Shown one piece after another: positions 27,431-37,351 of a stretch of 38,026 nucleotides of DNA. The stretch is taken from the NCBI GenBank assembly GCA_016218805.1, contig JACRCW010000086.1, positions 1-38,026 on the forward strand. Reading direction: 5' to 3'. Below the pieces are notes generated by a model, which saw nothing but the letters and a program-made list of their open reading frames with translations, was not told where the DNA came from and searched no databases. The translations under genes and the position numbers were made by a program. The stretch comes from Deltaproteobacteria bacterium. Its GTDB lineage: Bacteria > Myxococcota > JACRCW01. The first letter of the stretch is position 1. The number at the start of each line of letters is the position of its first letter.

Positions 27431-28777
27431 TCACCGTGACGCGATCCAACGTTTCACGGCGTGGCCGACCCTCGTTGCGTGGGCGAGCAGTGTGAGGCTG
27501 GGGTGCCGGTCGCCGGGCGTGGGCATGACGGACGCGTCCGCGATCCACACGTTGGCCAGCGCGCGGAGCCGGCCATCTCCGTTGCAGGCCCCCGCGCCGT
27601 GGTCCCCCATCATGCATGTGCCGGCCTCGTGTCCGGCGCCGGCCAGCAGCGGATCGTGAAATGGAATGACGCGACTGCCCGGAACGGCCATCAGGTCCGC
27701 GATGGAGATGCACGCTTGCTTGATGTCCTGCGCCATTGCACGGTCGGCATCGGACCAACCCATGTGAATGAACGGCACCGGGCGGTCCCACGCGTCGCGC
27801 AATTCCGGGTGCAGGTCCACGTAGCGCTGCGGGTCGGGGAAGACCTCGCCCATGGCGTGGACCTGCGTCGCGCTCCATTGGTCGACCTCGGCACCCGGGA
27901 CCATCCGTTCGATGCCCAGTGAAGGGAGCGACACCGGCCCGGAAACCTCGACGGAGAAGCCGCCGCGGTAGGGCTGCCGGGACGCGTCGTCGACGTTCAC
28001 GAAGTTCTCGATCAGCGCCGCACCGGGGAACGGACCGCGGCCATCGCGCGGTGGCGGAGGAACGGGTTCCAGCAGAACAACACTCGCGACCATGTGGTCC
28101 GTGAAGTTGCGACCGATTCCCCAGCGCGCAGCATCCACGTCGCTGCGCAGCAGGATGCGCGCGGTCTCGACGGGCGAGGCGGCCAACACGATGGCGCGCG
28201 CCCGCACCTGCCGGCGCTTCTCTTTGCGCAAGTCCAGCGTCTCCACGCACGTTGCGTGGTGGCCCTTTGTCTCAACGTGCAGGGCCACCTCCCAGGTGCC
28301 CGCCCGCTGCGCCGCGGACGCACTGGTGGCATTCCAGGCGGTGGAGGGGGAGCTCATGGCGCCCCGCTTGGGCAGGGCCCGGGAGCCAATCTCCTCAGCC
28401 ACCCGGCGGTAACGTTCGTCCACGAGGCCCTCCACCACGCCAAGGCGCCGTTCGACGCGGCGGTACGCGGCAGCGAGGCGGCGCGCGCGGCGCGGCCACC
28501 CCGCGCGCTCCAGGGCGCGTTGGTCGAAGCGGTAGCACCAGCCGCCCCACAGCCAGGAGCGCCCGCCTACCGCCCGTACGCGGTACCAATCGTAAGAACC
28601 GCCGTCCGCTTTGAATCCCCAGGTGCGGCGGTCCGGCTCTGGACACGTTGCGCCGAGCTGCAGGCGCGGTCCGGCGTCCAGCAACCGCACGGACAGGCCG
28701 GCCGCAATGAGTTCCTCCGCAACACGCACGCCGCACAGCCCAGCGCCGACGACAACAGCGTCCCACGTCCGCGTCAC
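27431..28777 (-). CDS. GMC family FAD-dependent oxidoreductase
   Basis: VVGAGLCG, RVRAVGGRSWLWGG..YRF, LAASPVETARILLRS, GRNFTDH, HEAGTCMMG, and NVWIADASVMPT...PSLT. GGAGG RBS just after cusA. Confidence 0.88.
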   Translation of the reverse strand: MTRTWDAVVVGAGLCGVRVAEELIAAGLSVRLLDAGPRLQLGATCPEPDRRTWGFKADGGSYDWYRVRAVGGRSWLWGGWCYRFDQRALERAGWPRRARRLAAAYRRVERRLGVVEGLVDERYRRVAEEIGSRALPKRGAMSSPSTAWNATSASAAQRAGTWEVALHVETKGHHATCVETLDLRKEKRRQVRARAIVLAASPVETARILLRSDVDAARWGIGRNFTDHMVASVVLLEPVPPPPRDGRGPFPGAALIENFVNVDDASRQPYRGGFSVEVSGPVSLPSLGIERMVPGAEVDQWSATQVHAMGEVFPDPQRYVDLHPELRDAWDRPVPFIHMGWSDADRAMAQDIKQACISIADLMAVPGSRVIPFHDPLLAGAGHEAGTCMMGDHGAGACNGDGRLRALANVWIADASVMPTPGDRHPSLTLLAHATRVGHAVKRWIASR

Positions 28778-28787
28778 GTTCCCTCCG

Positions 28788-31700
28788 TCAGCCCGCGGCC
28801 GGCGCCGGGAGCTCCCGCCGGCGCCAGAGGAAATAGACGGCCGGGTACACCAGCAGTTCCATGATGAAACTGGTCAGAAGACCACCCACCATGGGCGCTG
28901 CAATGCGCTTCATCAGGTCTGCGCCGGTCCCAGCGGACCACATGATCGGCAGGAGGCCCATCATCGCGGCGCACACCGTCATCGCCTTGGGGCGCACGCG
29001 CTTGACCGCCCCATGGATGATCGCCTCCACCAGGTCGCGCTCATTGCGCAGCTCGCCGCGGGCTTTTGCCTCGTCGTGGGAGAGGTCCAGGAACAGCAGC
29101 ATGAACACGCCGGTCTCCGCGTCCAGGCCCATGAGCGCAATCATGCCCACCCACACAGCGATGGAGACGTTGTAGTCCAGCGCGTAGAGCAACCAGACGG
29201 CGCCCACCGCGGAGAACGGCACCGCAAGCATCACGATGGACGCCTTCATGGCGGACCGGGTGTTCATGTACAGCAGGGCGAAGATCAGCAGCAGCGTCAG
29301 TGGGATGATCAGCTTGAGGCGCTCACGCACGCGCAGCATGTTCTCGTACTGCCCGCTCCACGACAGACTGTAGCCGGTGGGCAATTGGACACCCGCGGCC
29401 ACCGCGGCCTTGGCCTGCTCCACGTAGGAGCCCACGTCGATCTTGGAGGTGTCAAAGTCCACGTACACGTAGCCGGCAAGCTGGCCGTTCTCGTCACGGA
29501 TCATGGCGGGGCCCTGGGCGAGCACGACGTCGGCGATCTGCTCCATGCGTATCTGCCCCTGCCCGGAGGGAAGTGGCAGGAGCACGCGGCGCAGGGCGGA
29601 CAGGTCCTCCCGGTAGTCCCGCGCGTAGCGCACGCTGACGCCGTAGCGCTCGCGCCCTTCCACGGTGATGGTCTGGTTGTCTCCGCCCACCGCGGTCATC
29701 ACCATCGCATTGGCGTCGTCAATGGAGAGGCCATAGCGCGCCAGGTCCTTCCGCTTGAGCACAAAATCCAGGAAGTACCCGCCGGCCACACGCTCCGCGT
29801 AGACACTTCGCGTGCCGGGCACCTGCTGCACCACCGCCTCAATGGAACTCGCGACCCGTTCAATGGTCTTGAGGTCGGCGCCGCTCACTTTGATGCCAAC
29901 CGGTGTGCGGATGCCCGTTGACAGCATGTCCAGGCGACCGCGGATGGGCATGGTCCAAGCATTGGAAACGCCGGGGAGGCGCAGCGCGGCGTCCATCTCG
30001 TTGCGGAGCTCGTCCTCGGTGATGCGGTCCCGCCACGCGGAGCGGAGCAGGTCCGCCAGCCACTCCGGCGCCCAAGACGTGTACCAGCGCGGGACAAGGC
30101 GCCACTGCCGCTCCGGCCTGAGGATGATGGTGGTCTCCATCATGGTGAACGGCGCCGGGTCCGTGGACGTGCCCGCACGGCCGGCCTTGCCGAACACGCG
30201 CTCCACCTCGGGAAACGTCATCAGGATCTTGTCCTGCACCTGGAGGACGCGCTGGGCCTCCGCCACCGACATGCCGGGCTGCACCGCGGAGGGCATGTAC
30301 AGGATGGTGCCCTCGCGCAGTGGGGGCATGAACTCCGTTCCCAGGGCCAGGTAGACGGGCACCGCGGACAAGACCAGTCCAGCGCTGGCCGCGATGACCG
30401 CGCGCGGATGGCGAAGGACGAACCGGCAGGGACCGTCATAGACGCGGTGCAGGAGCGAGCTGATGGGGTGACGCTCCTCGGAGTGGTAGGTGCCAACCAG
30501 TGCGGCGTTGGCAAGCCACGCGAGGAACCGCGGTCGGAACGTGAACGGGTCGATGCGCGCGAACAGCATCCGCAGCGCAGGGTCGAGCGTGACGGCGAGG
30601 ACCGCCGCGATGGCCATGGCGAGGTTCTTGGAATACGCGAGCGGACGGAAGAGCCGCCCCTCCTGGTCCACGAGGGTGAAGACGGGCATGAACGCAACGG
30701 CAATGACCAGCAGCGAAAAGAACACGCCCGGTCCAACCTCCAGAAGCGCCTCCAGCCGCACGTGGTGGAAGTCGCCCTTGCGCCCCCCGGCGACCCAGTG
30801 ATGGATCTTGTTGTACGCGTTCTCGACCTCGACGATGGCGCCGTCCACCAGGACGCCAATGGAAATGGCGATGCCGGCGAGCGACATGAGATTGGCGTTC
30901 AGCCCCATGAAGTACATGGGGACAAAGGCGAGCGCGACGCTGACGGGGATGGTGACGATCGGGATGACTGCGCTCGGGATGTGCCAGAGGAACAGCAGGA
31001 TGATGAGGGAGACGATGAGCATTTCCTCGAACAGCTTCCCCTTCACCGTCTCGATGGCGCGATCGATCAGCTCGGAGCGGTCATAGGTCACCGCCACCTC
31101 CACCCCGGCGGGCAGCGATGGCTTCAATTCCTCCAAGCGCTGCTTGATCCGCTGGATGACGTTGAGCGCGTTTTCGCCCGAGCGCATCACCACGATGCCT
31201 CCAACGACGTCCCCTTCGCCGTTGTAGTCAGCAATGCCCCGGCGCATCTCCGGGCCAAGCGCGACCTTGGCGACATCCTTGATGGTCACCGGCGTACCGT
31301 CTTCGACCTTCAGGACCAGGGACTCGAAGTCATCAATGGACTTCGCGTAGCCACGACCGCGGACCATGTACTCGCGGCCGGTGATCTCCACGAGGCGCCC
31401 ACCGACGTCGTTGTTGCCGCTGCGGACCGCCTTGATCACCGCGTCCAGTGGAAGGCCATAGTTGGCCAGCGAGTTGGGGTTGACCGTGACCTGGTACTGG
31501 CGCACCTGACCGCCGACGGTTGCCACCTCGGCAACCCCGGGCACCGCCTGGAGGGCAAAGCGCAGGTTCCAGTCCTGGTACGAGCGGAGTTCGTCAGACG
31601 AGTGCGTGCCGGTCCGGTCCACCAGTGCGTACTGGAACACCCAGCCCACGCTGGTGGCATCCGGCCCCAGCTCGGTCTTCACTTCTGGAGGCAGCGACGA

Positions 31701-32051
31701 ACCAATCTTTGACAGGTATTCGAGGACCCGCGTGCGGGCCCAGTAGAGGTCCGTGCCGTCTTCGAAGATCACGTAGACGTAGCTGAAACCGAAGTCCGAG
31801 AACCCGCGGATGGCCTTGACCCTTGGAGCCCCCAGGAGCGCCGTGGTGATGGGATAGGTGACCTGGTCCTCAATGATGTCGGGACTGCGGTCCCACCGTG
31901 AGTACACGATGACCTGGGTGTCGGACAGGTCGGGCAGGGCGTCCAGTGGGATGTTGTGCATGGACCACCACGCACCGGCCAGGGCGGCGCCGGTGGCGGC
32001 CAGGACCAACACGCTGTGCATGGCGCAGAAGCGGATGACGGCCCTGATCAT
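28788..32051 (-). CDS. cusA: CusA/SilA-type heavy-metal efflux RND permease
   Basis: [57 protein letters not shown] (Cu/Ag Met ligands), RVRPKAMT, and [11 protein letters not shown]. Confidence 0.95.
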   Translation of the reverse strand: MIRAVIRFCAMHSVLVLAATGAALAGAWWSMHNIPLDALPDLSDTQVIVYSRWDRSPDIIEDQVTYPITTALLGAPRVKAIRGFSDFGFSYVYVIFEDGTDLYWARTRVLEYLSKIGSSLPPEVKTELGPDATSVGWVFQYALVDRTGTHSSDELRSYQDWNLRFALQAVPGVAEVATVGGQVRQYQVTVNPNSLANYGLPLDAVIKAVRSGNNDVGGRLVEITGREYMVRGRGYAKSIDDFESLVLKVEDGTPVTIKDVAKVALGPEMRRGIADYNGEGDVVGGIVVMRSGENALNVIQRIKQRLEELKPSLPAGVEVAVTYDRSELIDRAIETVKGKLFEEMLIVSLIILLFLWHIPSAVIPIVTIPVSVALAFVPMYFMGLNANLMSLAGIAISIGVLVDGAIVEVENAYNKIHHWVAGGRKGDFHHVRLEALLEVGPGVFFSLLVIAVAFMPVFTLVDQEGRLFRPLAYSKNLAMAIAAVLAVTLDPALRMLFARIDPFTFRPRFLAWLANAALVGTYHSEERHPISSLLHRVYDGPCRFVLRHPRAVIAASAGLVLSAVPVYLALGTEFMPPLREGTILYMPSAVQPGMSVAEAQRVLQVQDKILMTFPEVERVFGKAGRAGTSTDPAPFTMMETTIILRPERQWRLVPRWYTSWAPEWLADLLRSAWRDRITEDELRNEMDAALRLPGVSNAWTMPIRGRLDMLSTGIRTPVGIKVSGADLKTIERVASSIEAVVQQVPGTRSVYAERVAGGYFLDFVLKRKDLARYGLSIDDANAMVMTAVGGDNQTITVEGRERYGVSVRYARDYREDLSALRRVLLPLPSGQGQIRMEQIADVVLAQGPAMIRDENGQLAGYVYVDFDTSKIDVGSYVEQAKAAVAAGVQLPTGYSLSWSGQYENMLRVRERLKLIIPLTLLLIFALLYMNTRSAMKASIVMLAVPFSAVGAVWLLYALDYNVSIAVWVGMIALMGLDAETGVFMLLFLDLSHDEAKARGELRNERDLVEAIIHGAVKRVRPKAMTVCAAMMGLLPIMWSAGTGADLMKRIAAPMVGGLLTSFIMELLVYPAVYFLWRRRELPAPAAG

Positions 32052-33583
32052 CGCGCGCCCCCGCTGCTCAATGCCTGTAACGACGCCTTCAGGCGTGACT
32101 CCGAGTCAACGAGGAAGTTGGCGCGGGTCACCACCCGCTCTCCCTCATCAACCCCCGCCACGACCTCAACGAGGTCACCGTCCGAAAGGCCCAGGCGGAC
32201 CTCGCGCGGGGTGAACTTCCCTTGTCCCTGGGCAACGAACACGACGCTGCGTGTCCCCGAGTCAATCACCGCGTCCACGGGGATGCGCAGCGCGTCGTGC
32301 GGGGTGGTCCGCAACACCACCTCGCCCACCATCTCCGGACGGAGTTCACCGGGGTTGGGGAAGGAGAGGCGCACGCGCACGGACCGCGTCTTGGGGTCCA
32401 GAAACGGGTCCATGAAGGCCACCTTGCCCTGGTACTCGGTGTCCGGGAGCGCCTTGAGGAACAGGGACGCGGGTGCGCCCACTTTCACGTGCCGGATTTC
32501 CCGTTCGTAGACGTCGGCCATCACCCAGATCGTGGACAGATCGACGATCTCGTACGGCATCTCGCCCGCCGCCACGCTCATTCCGGGCACCACGCCCTTC
32601 TTCACCACCACGCCGCTGGCCGGCGCGCGCAACGTGATGGTCCGCTCCACCACTCCCGTCTTCTCGAGGTTCGCGATGTCTTCCGACGGTACGTCCCACA
32701 GCACCAGCTTCCGGCGTGCCGCGTTCACCACTGCCTCGCCGCCCGGCTTGTCACGCATGCGCAGGACGGAGACAAACTCCTGCTCCGCGGCCAGCAGGTC
32801 CGGGCTGTACATGGAGAACAGCGGTTCGCCGCGGCGCACGGGCCGGCCCACGTAGTCCGCGAACACACGCTCGGTGATGCCGGCAAAGCGCAGGTTCAGG
32901 TGGTGGACGCGGGTCTCGTCCACAACGACACGGCCCGTGGTGCGCCACGCTCCGCCAATGGGGCCGCGCGTCACCGGCTGTGTCCGCAGGCCGATCAACT
33001 GCTGCCGCTCGGGGTCCACCTTGATCGGGGCAAGTCCGTCCACGGCGGGAGCATCGGTGCGCAGGTCCTCCTGGTACACGGGCACATAGTCCATTCCCAT
33101 GGAATCCTTCGCGGGCGCCGGCGATGTCTGCGTGGGGTCCATGGGCGATCGGTAGAACGCGATCTTCCGCTCGCCCCTTGGCGACGCGTCTTCCATGGGC
33201 ACGAGCTTCATGCCGCAGATGGGACAGTCACCCGGGTGGTCCTGAACGATTCCGGGGTGCATGGGGCACTGGTACTTCTGCACCGTCGCCGAAGGCGCCA
33301 CTTCATCGGTCGGCACCAGCTTCATCCCACAGATGGGGCAGTCACCCGGATGGTCCTGGACCACCGTCGGATGCATGGGGCATTGGTACGTGTGCTGCGC
33401 ACCCTTGTGGACATCGGCGCTGCCGCCCAGCCACACGTAGGTGCCCGCCGCGCCGGCGGCGGCCCCGAGCAACGCGACCGCAACCAGCAAGACCAGCGGC
33501 ACGCGGCGCGGCGACGGAGTGATCGTCAGTAGCGCTTCCGGTGCTGGCGCGGACGGGAGTCCAGTCTGCGGGGTGTCAGTCAT
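32048..33583 (-). CDS. cusB: CusB-type membrane fusion protein with two YxCPMHP heavy-metal-binding domains
   Basis: Two YQCPMHP....[14 protein letters not shown] units, YRSPMDP...[21 protein letters not shown], and [11 protein letters not shown]. Confidence 0.93.
   Translation of the reverse strand: MTDTPQTGLPSAPAPEALLTITPSPRRVPLVLLVAVALLGAAAGAAGTYVWLGGSADVHKGAQHTYQCPMHPTVVQDHPGDCPICGMKLVPTDEVAPSATVQKYQCPMHPGIVQDHPGDCPICGMKLVPMEDASPRGERKIAFYRSPMDPTQTSPAPAKDSMGMDYVPVYQEDLRTDAPAVDGLAPIKVDPERQQLIGLRTQPVTRGPIGGAWRTTGRVVVDETRVHHLNLRFAGITERVFADYVGRPVRRGEPLFSMYSPDLLAAEQEFVSVLRMRDKPGGEAVVNAARRKLVLWDVPSEDIANLEKTGVVERTITLRAPASGVVVKKGVVPGMSVAAGEMPYEIVDLSTIWVMADVYEREIRHVKVGAPASLFLKALPDTEYQGKVAFMDPFLDPKTRSVRVRLSFPNPGELRPEMVGEVVLRTTPHDALRIPVDAVIDSGTRSVVFVAQGQGKFTPREVRLGLSDGDLVEVVAGVDEGERVVTRANFLVDSESRLKASLQALSSGGAR
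33198..33389. repeat. Intragenic tandem duplication of the heavy-metal-binding domain
   Basis: 33198-33275 and 33312-33389 are similar at a 114-bp offset. Confidence 0.85.
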
Positions 33584-34935
33584 GGCTTGCCTCGATGGGT
33601 GTTCTCGCCAAACGCAACGAGTTCCATGCCGGTCGCCCGCTGCAAGTCCGCGAGGCGTAGAGCGTACTCACGCTGCGCCTCCAGGAACTCCAGTTGATGC
33701 TCGCGTACAGCGCGAGCCGCACCGAGGAGCATGAGCACATTCCCCGTCCCGCTCACGTACGCGGCCTCGGCGGCCTCCGCGGAGCGGAGCGACAGGGGGA
33801 TGAGCTTCTCAGCATGCAGACTCATATGCCCGCGCGCGTGTTGGATGCCGGCCAGCGCCTCGTCCACATCGGCCTGAACGGTGCGCATGAGTGCTGCGGT
33901 GTTGGCGTTGGCCCGCCGCACCTCTATGTCCGCCGCCTGTGCCGCGCGCGACTGCTTCCACGGGTAGAACAGTGGAACGGGAATGTTCACTCCAACGGTG
34001 ATCATGTCCGCGGGCCCGAGCAGCGCGCGGTACGGGCCCTCGGACACCGCGACGGGCAGGCCACCCACCGCAAGCGTGTACCCGCCGGTCAGCGTCACGT
34101 CTGGAAGAGCGGCCAGCCGCTCAGCGCGCGCCCGTGCGGAGGCCGCGGCCACCTGCGCATGCGCGGCGCGAAACTCGGGGCGCCCGCGCAGCGCGTGCTC
34201 CAGCAGCCGCTCGCGCGAAGGAAGCGCGCTGACGACCACAACGTCCCTGGCCGCGCCCACTTCTGATGGCACAACGCCCATGAGGGCGGCCAGCCGCGCG
34301 CGTGCGACTTCCTCCTGCAGTGCGAAGTCCAGCAGCGCGCGCTCGGCGGAGTCACGTTCGGTTTGCGCGGCCAGCATGTCTGCGAGTGACCCGGTGGCGG
34401 CTTCCAGGCGCGCTTCAGCCGCGGCCAGCGCCCCGTCAAGGAAGTGCAGGTTGTCGCGGAAGGTCTTCCCGGTTGACGCGGCCGCGCGCAGGTCCGCGTA
34501 GGCGTAGGCCACGGCACGGTCCACGTCTGCGCTTGTCGTGGTCACCGTTGCATCCGCCTCCTCGGCCATGGCGCGCGCCTCGTCCGCGCGCGCTGCCCGT
34601 TTTCCTGGCCAGGGAAACGTCTGGGACGCGGTGACCATGACCGGGACCGAGTCCGGGCCGAGCAGCAACGTGCGCGCGCGATCCTGCGCCGAACGCCCCG
34701 GCAGCAGCGCTCCCTCCACGTTGGATAGGGGGACGTTCCAGAGCTGTGCACCCAGCTGGGGATCATCCCAGGCCCACGCCGCGGTGGCGCGGCGGGTTGC
34801 GGCCGCGGCACCAGCGCGCGCCGCTTCCACCAGCGGGTGGTGCGTGCGTGCGCGTCTCACGGCTTCCGTGAAGGAGAGCGGCTCCGGCGCCGCCAACGGC
34901 ACGAGCAGCGCCGCAAGAAAAGAAGTCAGGATCAT
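33580..34935 (-). CDS. TolC/CusC-type outer membrane efflux protein
   Basis: Signal peptide, [29 protein letters not shown], and AEAAYVSG. First gene of the efflux operon, with an ATGA overlap into cusB. Confidence 0.9.
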   Translation of the reverse strand: MILTSFLAALLVPLAAPEPLSFTEAVRRARTHHPLVEAARAGAAAATRRATAAWAWDDPQLGAQLWNVPLSNVEGALLPGRSAQDRARTLLLGPDSVPVMVTASQTFPWPGKRAARADEARAMAEEADATVTTTSADVDRAVAYAYADLRAAASTGKTFRDNLHFLDGALAAAEARLEAATGSLADMLAAQTERDSAERALLDFALQEEVARARLAALMGVVPSEVGAARDVVVVSALPSRERLLEHALRGRPEFRAAHAQVAAASARARAERLAALPDVTLTGGYTLAVGGLPVAVSEGPYRALLGPADMITVGVNIPVPLFYPWKQSRAAQAADIEVRRANANTAALMRTVQADVDEALAGIQHARGHMSLHAEKLIPLSLRSAEAAEAAYVSGTGNVLMLLGAARAVREHQLEFLEAQREYALRLADLQRATGMELVAFGENTHRGKP

Positions 34936-35201
34936 CTTCCCTCCGCCCGCCCCCACGGCGCCCCAAGCGCCGCGCTACGGCTGGGTGGCGTCATCTTCTG
35001 GAGGGGCCTGGACACTCTGGCAAGCCTTGGCGGTGAGCGAAACGGGGGGTGCCGCTCCATGAGGCGCGAAGCGGCGTACCAACACCGCGTGCGCAGGGGC
35101 GCGGATGGGCCCCACCGGCGTTGATGCTGAATGCACCTCCACGTCACATTTCGGTATCTCAAGTCAGCTGGGTGGGTCGTGGCGGGCATCATGGTTCCCG
35201 C

Positions 35202-35217
35202 TGCAGCGCGCGTGCCG
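35202..35217 (-). promoter_or_regulatory. sigma54 -24/-12 promoter (efflux operon)
   Basis: CGGCACGCGCGCTGCA, GG-N10-GC. Confidence 0.65.
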
Positions 35218-35268
35218 CGACGGGATTCCGTGGGATCGCACACAGTCTAAGGCCTGCACCCACGACGG

Positions 35269-35309
35269 CAGCGGAGAACAGGCCGCAACGAGCGATGAAT
35301 AGTCTTCAA
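35269..35309 (+). promoter_or_regulatory. Putative enhancer (UAS) pair between divergent sigma54 promoters
   Basis: GAACAGGC (35276) and GAATAGTC (35297) at a 21-bp period. GAATAGTCTTCAA is identical to 21982-21994. Confidence 0.65.
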
Positions 35310-35350
35310 GCGGACCGTGCCGCGCGGCCGGAAGAGGGGTGCTGTTGGCC

Positions 35351-35366
35351 GGGCACGCCACATGCG
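35351..35366 (+). promoter_or_regulatory. sigma54 -24/-12 promoter (cyclase)
   Basis: GGGCACGCCACATGCG, GG-N10-GC. Confidence 0.55.
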
Positions 35367-35378
35367 AGTCAACCGCGC

Positions 35379-36032
35379 ATGAGCACGGACCGCACGTTCC
35401 TGTTTGCCGACCTCACCGGTTTCACCGCGCTGACCGAGTCCCACGGAGACAGCGACGCCGCGGACGTGGCCGTGCAGTTTGAGGGCCTTGCCAGGAGCGC
35501 CCTTGTCGGCGGTGCCGTGCTGGTGAAGACCGTCGGCGACGAGGTCATGGTCACCGCGGAGTCCCCAGTGGCCGGCCTGCAGGTCGCCCTGGCGCTACGG
35601 GCGGCAGTCCTCGGTCGCGAGCGCTTCCCATCGCTGCGCTCCGGCCTCCACCACGGGCCCGCGGTCGCGCGCGGTGCAGACTGGTTCGGCAGCGCGGTCA
35701 ACTTGGCGGCACGTGTGGCCGGCCAGGCACGTGCCGGCGAGGTCATGTGCACGGAGGCGTTCGCGCGCGCGGTGGGGCCGCTGGCGGGTGTGCGCTTCGT
35801 GTCCGTCGGCGAGGTGCATCTGAAGAACATCGCGCAGCCGGTGCCCCTGTGCCGCGTCGTGGATGAACAAGACGCGGCCAGCACGGCCCGGGCAATCGAT
35901 CCTGTGTGCCGCATGCAGGTGGACGTCGACGCTGCGCCAGCGCGGTTGTGCCACGCGGGCCGGATGCTGTTCTTCTGCGGGGTCCCGTGCGCCAAGGTGT
36001 TCCTGGACCACCCGGAGCGCTACGCGTCCTGA
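35379..36032 (+). CDS. Class III adenylate/guanylate cyclase fused to a C-terminal YHS/TRASH domain
   Basis: FLFADLTGFT, VKTVGDEVM and DWFGSAVNLAAR, then IDPVCRMQVD...FFCGVPCAKVFLDHPERY. Confidence 0.9.
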   Translation: MSTDRTFLFADLTGFTALTESHGDSDAADVAVQFEGLARSALVGGAVLVKTVGDEVMVTAESPVAGLQVALALRAAVLGRERFPSLRSGLHHGPAVARGADWFGSAVNLAARVAGQARAGEVMCTEAFARAVGPLAGVRFVSVGEVHLKNIAQPVPLCRVVDEQDAASTARAIDPVCRMQVDVDAAPARLCHAGRMLFFCGVPCAKVFLDHPERYAS

Positions 36033-36064
36033 CGTGCGCCCGCTGCCCGGGCTCCGCGCCGTCG

Positions 36065-36084
36065 ACATTCTCGGCACAGAATGT
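36065..36084. terminator. Hairpin between the convergent cyclase and cinA genes
   Basis: ACATTCT-cggcac-AGAATGT inverted repeat, with no clear U-tract. Confidence 0.35.
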
Positions 36085-36117
36085 TCCGCGCGGCCACGCC
36101 AGACTGGCCACTCCACC

Positions 36118-37347
36118 TCAAGCCAGCAGCACGTCACGCAGCCAGCTCAGCGCGCTGGCCGCCGCGCCGCGCCGGATCCGGTCCCGGTCACCGCGCAGCC
36201 GCAGCGCGCGGTGCGCCACCGTGTCCGGCCCGGCAAGGCCCATGAACACCGTGCCCACCGGCTTGTGCTCCGTCCCGCCGTCCGGGCCGGCCACCCCGGT
36301 GAGCGCCACCCCCCACGTCGCTCCCAGCCGCGTGCGCGCGCCCACCGCCATCTGCTCCGCCACCGGCGCGCTGACCGCGCCGTGCGTGGCCAGGTCCTCC
36401 GCGGAGACGCCCAGCAGGTTCACCTTGGCCGCGTTGGAATAGGACACCATGCCGCCCAGGAAGGCGACGGAGGCGCCCGGCTCGTCGGTGAGCCACGCCT
36501 GCAGCAGTCCACCGGTGCAGCTCTCCGCCGCGGCCACCGTCTGGTTGCGCGCGCGCAGCAGGTCCCGCAGCACCGCGCCCAGCGTGCGCCCGTCGTCACT
36601 GAACACCACCGGGCCCAGCCGCGCGTGCGCGTCCGCCACCGCGGCGCGCAGCGTCTGCTGCGCCACGCGCGCGTCCGCGTGACGGGAGACCAGCTTGAGG
36701 TGGTTCTCTGGAAACGCGGTGCGGAAGTGCACGCTGACCCCGGGAAACCGCGCCGCCAGCCCGGCCACGCGCGCATCCAGCTCCGCCTCGGTGATGCCCA
36801 CACAGCGCAGCGTGGCGGAGCGCACCGCACTGCCCGCCTCCGTGACGGCGGGCAGCAGGTAGGTACGGCAAAACCACGCCGCCTCCGCCGGGACGCCGGG
36901 GACCGCGTAGACCACCGCGCCACCCACCCGCAGCGAAAACCCCGGCGCGGTGCCCACCTCGCTGAGCAGCACGCGCGCGCCCGCGGGGATGCGCGCCTGG
37001 CGGCGGTTGTTGTCCGTCAGCTCCCGCCCGTAGGTCCGGAGCCGCTCGCGCAGCCGCTGCAGCGCCGCCGCGTCCTCCACCAGCGTGGTCCCCGCGGCCC
37101 GCGCCAGCGCCGCCGCCGTGCGGTCGTCCTCCGTCGGGCCCAGCCCGCCGCTTACCAGCACCACGTCCGCGCGGGCGCACGCCTCGCGGACCGCGTCCAC
37201 AATGTCCTCCTCGGCGTCACCCACCACCGTACAGCGCGCCAGCTCGCGCCCCGCTTCCAGCAGGATGGATGCAAACGCGGCCGTGTTGGTGTCGCTCACC
37301 GCGCCGGCGAGCAGCTCGTCCCCGCTGCAGATCACCTCAACGCGCAC
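36118..37347 (-). CDS. cinA: Competence/damage-inducible protein A (CinA; MoCF-like + NMN deamidase)
   Basis: GDELLAG.VSDTN, SGGLGPTEDDRT, GTAPG, AAAESCTGG, YSNAAK..LLGV, HGAVS, and TGVAGPDGGT..KPVGTV. Confidence 0.95.
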   Translation of the reverse strand: MRVEVICSGDELLAGAVSDTNTAAFASILLEAGRELARCTVVGDAEEDIVDAVREACARADVVLVSGGLGPTEDDRTAAALARAAGTTLVEDAAALQRLRERLRTYGRELTDNNRRQARIPAGARVLLSEVGTAPGFSLRVGGAVVYAVPGVPAEAAWFCRTYLLPAVTEAGSAVRSATLRCVGITEAELDARVAGLAARFPGVSVHFRTAFPENHLKLVSRHADARVAQQTLRAAVADAHARLGPVVFSDDGRTLGAVLRDLLRARNQTVAAAESCTGGLLQAWLTDEPGASVAFLGGMVSYSNAAKVNLLGVSAEDLATHGAVSAPVAEQMAVGARTRLGATWGVALTGVAGPDGGTEHKPVGTVFMGLAGPDTVAHRALRLRGDRDRIRRGAAASALSWLRDVLLA

Positions 37348-37351
37348 CGCG

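Larger units (their letters stand above)
13035..36085. mobile_element. Putative integrated heavy-metal response genomic island, now probably immobile
   Basis: TCGA is frequent inside and nearly absent outside. Integrase-like remnant at the left edge. Near-identical 13/14-bp sequences at the edges (13020-13033 and 36086-36098). Metal-efflux cargo and several pseudogenes. Confidence 0.65.

Noticed and set aside
35379..36032. Cyclase as part of a Pycsar/CBASS anti-phage system
   Set aside because: No adjacent cNMP-binding TM/TIR effector. The YHS fusion and metal-efflux context point elsewhere.
35743..36111. Minus-strand ORF starting just after cinA as a gene interrupted by the island
   Set aside because: It overlaps the cyclase antisense and shows no protein-like features. 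The stretch is better explained as the island junction.
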